Assembly: GCA_965248925.1 (NCBI GenBank)
Contig: CBDFLE010000006.1
Span: 2,240,001-2,304,000, forward strand
DNA: 64,000 nucleotides
Source of the DNA: Candidatus Multivoradales bacterium
Lineage (GTDB): Bacteria > Acidobacteriota > Thermoanaerobaculia > Multivoradales > J023
Reading direction: 5' to 3'
Numbering within the stretch: the stretch's first letter is position 1; each line of letters begins with the position of its first letter. Shown in pieces: positions 49,441 to 58,413 of the stretch. The translations under genes were made by a program, and so were the position numbers. The notes under the pieces were generated by a model, which saw only the letters and a list, made by a program, of their open reading frames with translations, was not told where the DNA came from and ran no database searches.

Positions 49441-51123
49441 CTACTCGTGAAGGCGCGGAATCTGGATCAACAAGCGCAGCGTCGCTTGGAGCTGCTGGAG
49501 CAAGTCGCGGCTCAGCCGTTCTTCGGCTATGGCAGTTCTGAGTAGGCCCAGCGCTACCAGCACTTCACGATGAATCCGGAGCCCTTCAAGAGTGGGAATC
49601 AGCGACATGGCGATCTCAGCTGTGGAGCGGTTACGTTTTTGCTCCAAGAAGAGAACGGCGAGATCGAGCGAGATGACGGCGGCATAGCCTGTTTCGCCAC
49701 TGTCAGCGAAGCCTTGCTGCGCCGTTTGGAACGCTTGTTCAGCGCTCGCAAGGTCTGACTTGCTCTGCGCGATCAGACCCCGCAGCCAGCAGAGTTGGTG
49801 CTGCCCGATTTGATAGCGATGGCGCGCGCAAAGTTCCGCGGCACGAGGAAGGTGCTGCTGTGCTTCTTCGTAGCGCTCGGCCAGGGTCAAAGAGGTGGCC
49901 AGGTTGACGGTCAGAGCGAGTTCGAGATGGGAGTCTGTACTCGCTGTGTTCGCCAGGCACTCTTTCGCGCGCTGGAGATCAGGGACGGCGTCCGCTGGTC
50001 GGCCATCGAGATCGGCGATCAACGCCCGGCGCAGCAGCACGCGGCAAACCTGCTGGGGAGGACTGTCGCTTCGGTCCAATTCGCCCATGGCCTGGTTGAC
50101 CAACTCTGCTGCCTCTACCAAGCGGCGCTGGTACACCCGCAAGCCGGCTTTGAGATCGTAGAGATCGGCGGCGACGGCAGGGTTCGGCGGCTGCGAAGCT
50201 GCCAGCCAGCAATGCTCTGATTCGGCGAACGCCAGCTCGGCGCCGGCGTAGTCCAGCGCCAGTCGCCGGGCGTTGCCGATCCACGCCCACGCCTTGGCAG
50301 ACAAGTCCGGCAGCAAAGCACCGAGCGCCGAAGCGCTGCCTTGCAAGCTCTCCAGTGCCAGCTCGGCCAACTGGATACCGCGCTGGCGGTCACCTCGCCC
50401 CTCCTGACGGCTCTGCTTCAGCAGGAAGTCGAAGAGCGCCGCTGAGCGGAACGAGATCCGCGAGCGCACGAATTCAACTTGCTCTACGGAGGAAAGATCA
50501 CGAATCGTTTCCCAGACCACTACAGCGAAGGCTTTCTCAAACTGGACGCCGTCAACCAACAGCTTGTGCGCGTTTGCATCTGCTGACGTGGGATAGAGCA
50601 GACGCCAGCGGCGGCGCAACACGGCAGCCTCGGCTGGATCGAGTTCGCCAACCAATGCTCGCCGCCAGTAGTCAGCAGAAAACATCTCCTGCTGCGCACT
50701 TCCGGCTCTCGCAGTGGCTTGCCCATCAGCCTTGCAAAAGTCAGCCGGGCGCATGCCGCTCCAGCGCGTGAAGGCACGGGAGAACACCGATGCGGAGGAG
50801 TAGCCCACCAAGTCGCCGATGGCTGAGATACGCAGCTCCGAGGTTCGCATCAGCTCGACCGCCGTCTGCAAGCGCGCATCTTCGATATAGACACTGGGCG
50901 GTATGCCGACGTGCTGCCGGAAGAGGAGCGGAAACGAATTGTCGCGGATACGGCCGGCAATCTTGAGCCGACTGACATTGAAGCCAGGTTCAAAGAGGTG
51001 CTCTTGCAGGTAGCGGAGCACCGGCACGAGCTGCGCCGGTGCCCTCTCGCGGTCGCTGCGGATGCGCGCGAGCGCAGAGGCGGCGGCGGTGTCCAGCAGA
51101 GCTTGGGAATGGTCGAGCTGCAT
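49441..51123 (-). CDS. Regulator with N-terminal AraC-type HTH and C-terminal TPR region
   Basis: FRQHVGIPPSVYI...RL..A.ELM...ISAIGDLVGYSSASVFSRAFTRWSGMRP, then TPR-like helices (AWAWIGNARR, NLATSL...RYEEA); AAGGGGAG RBS. Confidence 0.88.
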   Translation of the reverse strand: MQLDHSQALLDTAAASALARIRSDRERAPAQLVPVLRYLQEHLFEPGFNVSRLKIAGRIRDNSFPLLFRQHVGIPPSVYIEDARLQTAVELMRTSELRISAIGDLVGYSSASVFSRAFTRWSGMRPADFCKADGQATARAGSAQQEMFSADYWRRALVGELDPAEAAVLRRRWRLLYPTSADANAHKLLVDGVQFEKAFAVVVWETIRDLSSVEQVEFVRSRISFRSAALFDFLLKQSRQEGRGDRQRGIQLAELALESLQGSASALGALLPDLSAKAWAWIGNARRLALDYAGAELAFAESEHCWLAASQPPNPAVAADLYDLKAGLRVYQRRLVEAAELVNQAMGELDRSDSPPQQVCRVLLRRALIADLDGRPADAVPDLQRAKECLANTASTDSHLELALTVNLATSLTLAERYEEAQQHLPRAAELCARHRYQIGQHQLCWLRGLIAQSKSDLASAEQAFQTAQQGFADSGETGYAAVISLDLAVLFLEQKRNRSTAEIAMSLIPTLEGLRIHREVLVALGLLRTAIAEERLSRDLLQQLQATLRLLIQIPRLHE

Positions 51124-51199
51124 GGTTCAGATCTCCCCTTGGATATGTTTGGGGGAACTGTAGCAGAATCTCTGGGCAGGGCAAGCTGGCGGTCAGGAA

Positions 51200-51404
51200 G
51201 GAGGGTGGTGGTGGTGGTGGTGGTCGAGGGTATCTGGACAGACTCGGGAATCACCGCTATCGTGCCGGTGTTGTCGCCGGAGAACGGCTGATTTTGCCAG
51301 TCCGAGATGCCAACCTCGACTACCCCGTTCTAGACGAGGTTCTGAGTGTCCTGGAAAAGCGTTCAGGCGAAGAGAACCAACGGCAGACAGCGGAGACGGT
51401 GCAT
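51200..51404 (-). pseudogene. Degraded gene for a secreted protein
   Basis: AGAAGGAG RBS, then MHRLRCLPLVLFA*TLFQDTQNLV*NGVVEVGISDW with two in-frame stops. Confidence 0.4.
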
Positions 51405-51982
51405 GGCGAGACTCCTTCTGACGAGTCCGAGTACGGGTTCAAGATGAATCGCCTAGATAATCCGTGGCGGGTTTCTCGTCAAGGTTCTCTGTAATCGCCG
51501 CATGGGCCAACTGCGGCTGGACAAGGAGAACGAGCGCCAGTTGGAGTTCGTGGCAGTGGAGGCGATTTGCGTGGCGCTGGGGCTGGGGTTTGGGGAGTTT
51601 GTGGGGAGGTGGAGGTGGGTTCTCGGGAGCTTCTTGGACGGGAAGAGCGAGGAACAGGGAGCCCAGGGTAATTGCGCAGGCCAAAGCCAGAAGAGTAAGC
51701 CTCGTAAGGCTAAGTCCCTTTTTTGTGAGCGATTTACGAGGATCCTTGAAATCGAGAAAATCTCTGATAAAGTAACGAATACGTAAGAAACGGGCAAAAA
51801 CCGACCACAACTGTCAAGCAATGCTACCATTCCAGGAGCGGTTTGCGCCTGTCGCAGGCCTACAACGGAGCCGAAAGAGCCCCTCTGGGCCTTGTTCGCT
51901 ATTACGCATCTGCCCTTCATTAGAAGGTGATCGTCGTTGTACCGGATGAGTGGGACCCCCAGTTGAGGGAGTATTGGCAGCA

Positions 51983-52018
51983 TTTGCCTTGACAGGCAAA
52001 GCCCCACAGGAGTAGTCT
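51983..52018 (+). promoter_or_regulatory. Sigma70 promoter with an operator-like dyad centred on the -35 box
   Basis: TTTGCC-TTGACA-GGCAAA, then TAGTCT at 52013-52018 (18-bp spacing). Confidence 0.6.
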
Positions 52019-52022
52019 TCAT

Positions 52023-52331
52023 ATGTCCTCTAATAAGCACCACATGAGCGAATCCCCCAGAGCAACATCATCTTCGGCCGAAGGTAATGTTACGCCGAAA
52101 ATACGGGAAGCGAGCAGCACAGTAGAGGATTGTCAGCTCTCTCTAGGGAGGCAGCTGGAAATCGTCCTAGAGGATCGTCTGGGACATTCACCGGATGAGA
52201 TGCCTTTATACGCCAAGCCCCGGCGAATGGCGCCGGGAACAGCGCCTCCACATCGCGGCAAGCAAAAACATGGCTTTGCCCGAGGCTTCGATAGTCTAGC
52301 TGGAAAATCTCTAGGTACATTCGATTTTTAG
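52023..52331 (+). CDS. 102-aa hypothetical protein, likely first gene of the HExxH-SIR2 operon
   Basis: AGGAG 10 nt upstream of the ATG, and a promoter immediately upstream. Confidence 0.5.
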   Translation: MSSNKHHMSESPRATSSSAEGNVTPKIREASSTVEDCQLSLGRQLEIVLEDRLGHSPDEMPLYAKPRRMAPGTAPPHRGKQKHGFARGFDSLAGKSLGTFDF

Positions 52332-52405
52332 GGTGGGTCACTCCATAGGGTGTGTTGCGGCTTCTTCCCAGCAGCACTCTTACCGAGTACCGACAGGGGA
52401 GAATT

Positions 52406-55400
52406 ATGCTCAAGGGCTTCCAGTCAACAAATATTTCACTGCATGCCGGGTTTCTCAATGTTATCTTCTTTGAGACGAATCCATCCAAGATCCTAGAGAT
52501 CGCCAAAGCTGCTAAGTCGCGCGTAGAAGACCTACGATCTCACCGACCGCACGACTATCAGTTCTCTTGGCTGCCAGAAGCTGAACTTCCGATTTGCGAA
52601 GAAGAGGACGAAGGCGCTGCCTTCTACTTCCCTCGCGTCTTCATCACCTCGGGAACGTTTGACGTTGCCGCGATTTTCCTTTCTCCCACAATGGAGATGG
52701 CACCTTGGATGCAAGTGGACGCACTACGAGTGTCCGGTCAGGACATCAATGTCGCACTGCTACCCAAGAAGAGCCCCCTTCTCGGTAGTGGGGTTCGAGA
52801 CTTCAATCGCGACTTCTGGGAATCCTACAGGCAAGAGCCTAGTAGGAACTTGGAGCCAGCCAGGGCATTCACCGGAATAATCAAGCTCAAAATCAATCCT
52901 GCGACCTGGCCGACGCTTCACCCCAACGCTGACCAGCAAACTGGACAGCTCACTCATCAGTTGGCCGACCTCTGGCAAGCGGTGGACCGCTGGCGGAAGA
53001 CAACAGCAGTTGCAGGAACGGAACACCCCGAAGTAGCACTCGCCATCTCCTTCGGCTGGAACGAGTTTCTTATTGTGGCGCATGCCGACTCTCCCGGCAA
53101 GCTGTTTCGCCTGTCACTTGCTATTCGCCAATGTTCTACATCGGCACCATGTCTCGCCGATGAGCCCAAGAACCTGGTACATCTCTTGTCGACGACAATA
53201 ACCGCAGTAGGGCACGATTACCGAATTCGCGAACATTGCATCGAGGAGTTGGACTCTCGGAGCAAGGCACGCCACTCAATCTCAGCTAAAGAAATCCTAA
53301 ATCTTGCTCTCGCTCTTCCGCGAAACCACCAAGAGAAAAAGACCTTCGAAGAGACAGGGGACATCCCTGGCACCTTCTATCAAATCGGTTGCCACACATA
53401 CCCAGGACACGAGAAGAGTCTCTTCTCGCTACTTCGGAAGCTTGAGGATACGCTGAAGAAGCAAAATATGCTGACTTCGGAAGATTCAAGCTGCGTGGAT
53501 ATCGGCAAAAGGGATATTTGGACTCCTAGGATCGTAATCGGAGAAAACTATTTTTCTCCGCTAGAAGCGACCTACTTGGTGGAGTTGCTTCATGTCTGGA
53601 TTCGCAATGGAGGCGCCGGACCCCTGGGAAAACGGACACAACGCGGGAAGTCCAACGGCGAAGCTCCAATCCGTGCCGCGTTTGACTTCTACACTCGCCT
53701 AGCGTGCCCAAGGCGCGTCAATGAACAAAACCTGAATCTGCGGCCCGTTCCACTCAACCATGTGACCAGAATGCCGCAAGATTATCTTACCCCGCCCCTA
53801 GTAACAATGGAATTCGCCCAGACTCGCGAAGATAACGGATTCGTGGCCCGCCTCAAGTTCTCCATGCGGATCCTACAGATCCCCTACTATCTCTCTGAGC
53901 AGATTCTCAACTTGGTGAATACATTTTTCTGGGCAAACGATCGTGACGTCATCTGGGACGAGAGCATTGAATTGATCCCCGTGGTAGTTGGCCTTGCTGA
54001 CAACGTGAATGCGCTACGAAACTGGTGGAATCTCGGCAAACCGACAGTACCACTCTATCCCTGGGAGTCTGTCTCTGAAGAACAGCGCAACGAGCTGATT
54101 GGCGATGAAGTTGGACGCAGACTGGCCGGAAACATCGACCCGAATATCCCAGAACTGCTGCATGCCTTCCGGGCATATTTTTATTCAAGACACCTGTCAA
54201 GCTACCTAACCGACGAAATGCCGGATATGAACATCCGCTTTCGCGGCTCGGTGCACCAACTACTAAATATATCAAATCTGATCCTCGACGCGATGTCTGA
54301 CCGAATCTTCGGTCCGAGAGCCTCAATGGCAATCATCGGCGACAGCGCGTCGCCCGAAATTGAGACTCCGTGCGATATCATCGTTGTAAAGCTCAATACT
54401 AACACCTTTACTATGCCCATAATGCTTGAATCTCTCGCTCACGAAGTTGGCCACGAACTAATCCTGGAGTTGATACGCGATTCCGTTGACTCAGGGTGGA
54501 GGCGTCACCGCTGGCTAAAAGGCAAGTTCAGTCGAACTCGCCAGAAGAACTTCAAGCGACTTGTCTCTGTGTTTACGCAGTTGCACCATGATGTGTTCCA
54601 AACCATGCTCGTGCCACCGACTAGCGACAATGACTGCGCCAGAGTCTTCATTGAGAGCTCTAGCGACTTTGTCGAATACCAACTCCTAGCCTTTGCTTCA
54701 GTGGAAGACTGGGCTCCGAGTTTTTTCTTAAGAATGGTACTTGCCGGGAGCCCCAGCAGTCTTGGTGCAAGACCTGAAGACATCGGTTCAATCGTGCCTC
54801 ACCTAGACGACAAGTTGATCTTGTCGGCCATACTAAGATCTGTCCATGTACTACTCGCGCACAGAATGAGCACAAAGGACTGGAGTAGCCTGGAAGAATT
54901 TAGAGATAGGATGATTGTCGCAGACCTGGCAGAGTTTAGAGATCTTCTGATAGAGAGATGTGTTCTCGGTCCAGGAGTGTCGCCTGCTCACTTGCTTCGC
55001 GCGGAATCTTGGCAGCATTTTGTTCGCAGCGAAGTCTTTGGCTCTTCACCTCTTTTCTTCTCGGAGGAGGGCTTTGAGCTTGCCTGCAAGTTCTACAAGG
55101 CTTTGGCTGGTCACGCGCGACCGCACCCGAACTCAATCCGAAAAGACACACCAGAGCGCTTTCTGAGCAGTATCCAAGATTCTTTCCGAGACCTACGTGG
55201 GTCATTCCCACAAGGGCAGGAAGAGGGTGATGGAGTATATGGACTCTTGCTCCCGAGCTTACATATACGTCACTGGCTTTCCGCCGAAGAACTCCGTGAC
55301 GTGCGCTCAGGAAAGATTTCCGCAACAGGGTGGGGTACTAGAAAAAGACCTTGGGTAGTAGCCCCTCAGCCCACGAAGACCCTCTTAGAATTCTTACGGG

Positions 55401-55600
55401 ATGGGCGTCCCTTTTCTCCAAGAACTTCGATCTTTCAGCGGGGTCAGATAATCCCGCGCTCAATCTCGGTTCAAGGCAGGTGGACCGACATAAACAGCCG
55501 TTTCCTGTTGCGATTGCTAGATATGGTGCCGTCCTGGCGTGTTTCTATTCTCAGAAAGCTCGAGGTTGTGCTGTCGCGTTCACGGAGTCGAAGTGTTTAG
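52406..55600 (+). CDS. Large hypothetical protein with a zincin-like HExxH motif
   Basis: Uninterrupted ~1064-aa ORF with GGGGAG RBS; LAHEVGHE and later IESSSD. Confidence 0.85.
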   Translation: MLKGFQSTNISLHAGFLNVIFFETNPSKILEIAKAAKSRVEDLRSHRPHDYQFSWLPEAELPICEEEDEGAAFYFPRVFITSGTFDVAAIFLSPTMEMAPWMQVDALRVSGQDINVALLPKKSPLLGSGVRDFNRDFWESYRQEPSRNLEPARAFTGIIKLKINPATWPTLHPNADQQTGQLTHQLADLWQAVDRWRKTTAVAGTEHPEVALAISFGWNEFLIVAHADSPGKLFRLSLAIRQCSTSAPCLADEPKNLVHLLSTTITAVGHDYRIREHCIEELDSRSKARHSISAKEILNLALALPRNHQEKKTFEETGDIPGTFYQIGCHTYPGHEKSLFSLLRKLEDTLKKQNMLTSEDSSCVDIGKRDIWTPRIVIGENYFSPLEATYLVELLHVWIRNGGAGPLGKRTQRGKSNGEAPIRAAFDFYTRLACPRRVNEQNLNLRPVPLNHVTRMPQDYLTPPLVTMEFAQTREDNGFVARLKFSMRILQIPYYLSEQILNLVNTFFWANDRDVIWDESIELIPVVVGLADNVNALRNWWNLGKPTVPLYPWESVSEEQRNELIGDEVGRRLAGNIDPNIPELLHAFRAYFYSRHLSSYLTDEMPDMNIRFRGSVHQLLNISNLILDAMSDRIFGPRASMAIIGDSASPEIETPCDIIVVKLNTNTFTMPIMLESLAHEVGHELILELIRDSVDSGWRRHRWLKGKFSRTRQKNFKRLVSVFTQLHHDVFQTMLVPPTSDNDCARVFIESSSDFVEYQLLAFASVEDWAPSFFLRMVLAGSPSSLGARPEDIGSIVPHLDDKLILSAILRSVHVLLAHRMSTKDWSSLEEFRDRMIVADLAEFRDLLIERCVLGPGVSPAHLLRAESWQHFVRSEVFGSSPLFFSEEGFELACKFYKALAGHARPHPNSIRKDTPERFLSSIQDSFRDLRGSFPQGQEEGDGVYGLLLPSLHIRHWLSAEELRDVRSGKISATGWGTRKRPWVVAPQPTKTLLEFLRDGRPFSPRTSIFQRGQIIPRSISVQGRWTDINSRFLLRLLDMVPSWRVSILRKLEVVLSRSRSRSV

Positions 55601-56615
55601 GGCTCAGGAAGCTGCCTTCCAGCTCCTTGAAGAATCGTTCCATGACGGGTCAGTCTGCCTGGTGTTGGGCGCGGGAGCAAGTGTTGACATCGGTCTTCCT
55701 CAATGGAAAGGTCTCGTGGAAAAGGTCGCGGGACAGTTAGGCGCCGAAACGAAGAACCTCGATTCGGCTGGCTATGCTAGAGTTCTTGGACAACTAGCAC
55801 GCTCGTCTGAGTTTTGGCGGGCCCTCAGTACCGCTCTTTACAGCGGACAGTGCTCAAGAGACTGGGTTAGCCGATCCTTGTCGGGAAGCTATGCGCTGAA
55901 GCGTTTGGCAATATTGGCGATACTAGGCGCGATTGGCCACCCTGATCGATCCTTCCACGCAATGACCTACAACCTGGACTGTCTCCTTGAGGAACAGATA
56001 GCCCATCTTGGCCACAGGGCGGTAGCATCGACTGCAAACGAGGAAGAGGTTTGGGAACCGACAGACTCAACAGAGGCGCTAGTTACTTGCTGCCCCAGGC
56101 ATTCTAGGGGTGAAGTGGCTACAGTCAGGATCTTTCACCCTCATGGACTGTTGTTAAGGGAGGGATCGAGGGCAATCGATCCAATACTGACTGCTGAGCA
56201 ATACGAGAGCCTCGCCAATGTTCCGTTGGGACAAATTAATCTTACGCAGATGCGACTGTTTATCCAGAGAACCTGCATCTTTTATGGTTTTTCTATGACA
56301 GACCCAAACGTCAACAGACTACAGCGGCTCGTTCACAACTTGGTGCGGTCTGGAACGGAACAGGAATCGGCCGGCAACGATTGCTTCTCTCACATTGCAC
56401 TGATCACTGACGAATCCGGCTCTGTTGTAGCAAAACGGGCCGCTCGCGGAGACGCCAATACGATTGCTGGCTTGGAACAAATCGACCTGTATGAGATGGG
56501 AGTTCTGAGACTTGGGCATATGGGCTACCGACAGCACCGGCTCTTTCTGGCGGAGCTGTTGCGGCGTGTAGGCAAAGGATTTCAGTGGCCGGGCAAGCTG
56601 AGTCCCTACTCCTAG
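55593..56615 (+). CDS. SIR2-like (SIR2_2) domain protein
   Basis: LVLGAGASVDIGLPQW, TYNLDCLLE, FHPHG, ILT.EQY and CIFYGFSMTDPN motifs; GTG start overlaps the upstream stop (GTGTTTAG). Confidence 0.88.
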   Translation: MFRAQEAAFQLLEESFHDGSVCLVLGAGASVDIGLPQWKGLVEKVAGQLGAETKNLDSAGYARVLGQLARSSEFWRALSTALYSGQCSRDWVSRSLSGSYALKRLAILAILGAIGHPDRSFHAMTYNLDCLLEEQIAHLGHRAVASTANEEEVWEPTDSTEALVTCCPRHSRGEVATVRIFHPHGLLLREGSRAIDPILTAEQYESLANVPLGQINLTQMRLFIQRTCIFYGFSMTDPNVNRLQRLVHNLVRSGTEQESAGNDCFSHIALITDESGSVVAKRAARGDANTIAGLEQIDLYEMGVLRLGHMGYRQHRLFLAELLRRVGKGFQWPGKLSPYS

Positions 56616-56658
56616 CTGAGGCACTCGGCTAGGCAGGTCTTTACTCGCAGCCGACTGC

Positions 56659-57294
56659 TTGTATCCTGAGCTACACTTGCCCCCTTTTCCGATTCTTCAC
56701 ATCCCCTCCTACTCCACCCCCTTCCGCTGGCTCATCGGCCTCTTCCGCTCGCGCATCCACGGCGACGCCCGTTGGATGCGCCGCAGCGAACGCCGCCAGT
56801 TTCTCGCACCTCGGAATCGGGGCATCACGCTCGCCTCCGGTGCCCCTGGCATCTCCGGAGCCGGAGCCATGCGACTCAGCCAGCGCGACTCCTTCACCAA
56901 CCTGGCGCTCGTGGCGCCCACAGGCTCGGGAAAGACCACGCGCTATGTCATCCCAAACGTCCTCCAAGTCGACGGTTCCGTCGTCGTCACCGACCCGGCC
57001 GGCGAGATTTTCGCCTGCACCTCGGGACATCTCGCCAGTCGTGGATTCCAGATCCAGACGCTACAACCAGCAGACGTGAAGCACAGCGCGCAGTTCAACC
57101 CCTTGGCGTTCTGTAAAACTCCGCAGCAGCTGCGGCAGCTGGCTACTTTGTTGGGGAAGAGCATGCAGGGTCAGCGTTCCGATCCCTTCTGGTCAACGGC
57201 GGCGATCAACCTCCTGGCGTTCAGCCTGGTGGCCATCGCCAATGTCGAAGATGAGCGCTTCCGTAATTTGGGAAATCTGCGCTGGCTCCTGAAC
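56659..57294 (+). pseudogene. VirD4/TraG coupling-protein fragment truncated by IS21
   Basis: HGDARW, VAPTGSGKT..YVIPN, VVTDPAGEI, FNPL and DPFW motifs; ends at the IS terminus and has no Walker B. Confidence 0.85.
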
Positions 57295-57648
57295 TGCCTA
57301 TTCCGACGAAACTGACCAGCCATTCCGATCGAAACCGACCACTTGTCGGAGCGAAGCGACGCTGGCGCTCTCCTCAGTTGTAAGTGTCCACTTTCGCTGT
57401 AGCTGGAGCCCTCCTTCCGGCTCTTCTTCTTGGTTGATTGTATTCAAATAACCCGTCGTCGGGGCTGTGCGTAGCTGTGGGAAACGCGGGTGGGTGGCCG
57501 GGGGGCGTTTTCCAAGCGGCTGTGGGAATCGCAGAGCGATTTCCTCAGCCGCGGCAGCTTCCACAGTCCATCTTGGGTCGGGTCCGGATCGGGCCGCAGG
57601 CCCGCTGATGGGTCAGGATCGGCGATCGCTTCAGCATGCTCTTGGATC

Positions 57649-58413
57649 TCACCTTGCCTCTCGCTGGGCGGCCTTGCGAATACCGCCGGCTCTCTTCGCC
57701 CGCATGGAGTCACCGTCCACCGCGAGCTTGTAGGCGCCGTGGACAATGCGATCGAGGATGGCGTCGGCCAAGGTCGGATCGCCGATGACCTCGTACCAGC
57801 TCTCAACCGGTAGCTGGGAGGTCACCAGCGTGGAGCGGTTGCCGTAGCGGTCCTCAAGAATCTCGAGCAGGTCGCGCCGCTCGCTGGCCCCGATCGGCGC
57901 CAGCCCCCAGTCGTCGAGGATGAGCAGGTCTGTGCGAGCATAGCTCTTGAGCAGCTTCTCGTAGCTACCATCACCCCGCGCGATGGCGAGCTGGCGAAAC
58001 AGCCTCGGCACCCGCAGGTACAAAGCGGTGTAACCCTCCCGACATGCCTTGTGCGCGAAGGCGCAGGCGAGAAAGGTCTTGCCCACCCCGGCCTTGCCGG
58101 TGATCAGCACGTTGAGATGCTCGGCGATCCACTGGCACGAGGCCAGGCGCAGGATCTGGCCTTTGTCCAGGCCCCTCTTGGCTCGCCAGTCGATGTCTTC
58201 GATGGCCGCCTGCTCGCGCAGCTTGGCTTTTCGCAACCGCGCTATCAAGCGGCGGCTGGATCGCTCGGTCGCTTCGCGCTCGACCAGCAGCCCGAGGCGC
58301 TCTTCGAAGGAGAGCTCTGAGACATCGACCATCGACAGCTGCTCCTCAAAGGCTTTGGCCATACCGTGGAGCTTGAGCGCGGCGAGTTGATCGAGCGTCG
58401 CGTGCCTCAGCAT
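57649..58413 (-). CDS. istB: IS21 helper ATPase
   Basis: GKAGVGKT, LILDDWG, VTSQLP and ADAILDRIVH motifs. Confidence 0.96.
   Translation of the reverse strand: MLRHATLDQLAALKLHGMAKAFEEQLSMVDVSELSFEERLGLLVEREATERSSRRLIARLRKAKLREQAAIEDIDWRAKRGLDKGQILRLASCQWIAEHLNVLITGKAGVGKTFLACAFAHKACREGYTALYLRVPRLFRQLAIARGDGSYEKLLKSYARTDLLILDDWGLAPIGASERRDLLEILEDRYGNRSTLVTSQLPVESWYEVIGDPTLADAILDRIVHGAYKLAVDGDSMRAKRAGGIRKAAQREAR

Noticed and set aside
52023-55600. Small ORF plus HExxH protein as a RiPP (aKG-HExxH) cluster
   Set aside because: No radical SAM enzyme, transporter or typical precursor motif; the coupled SIR2 gene favours a defence role.
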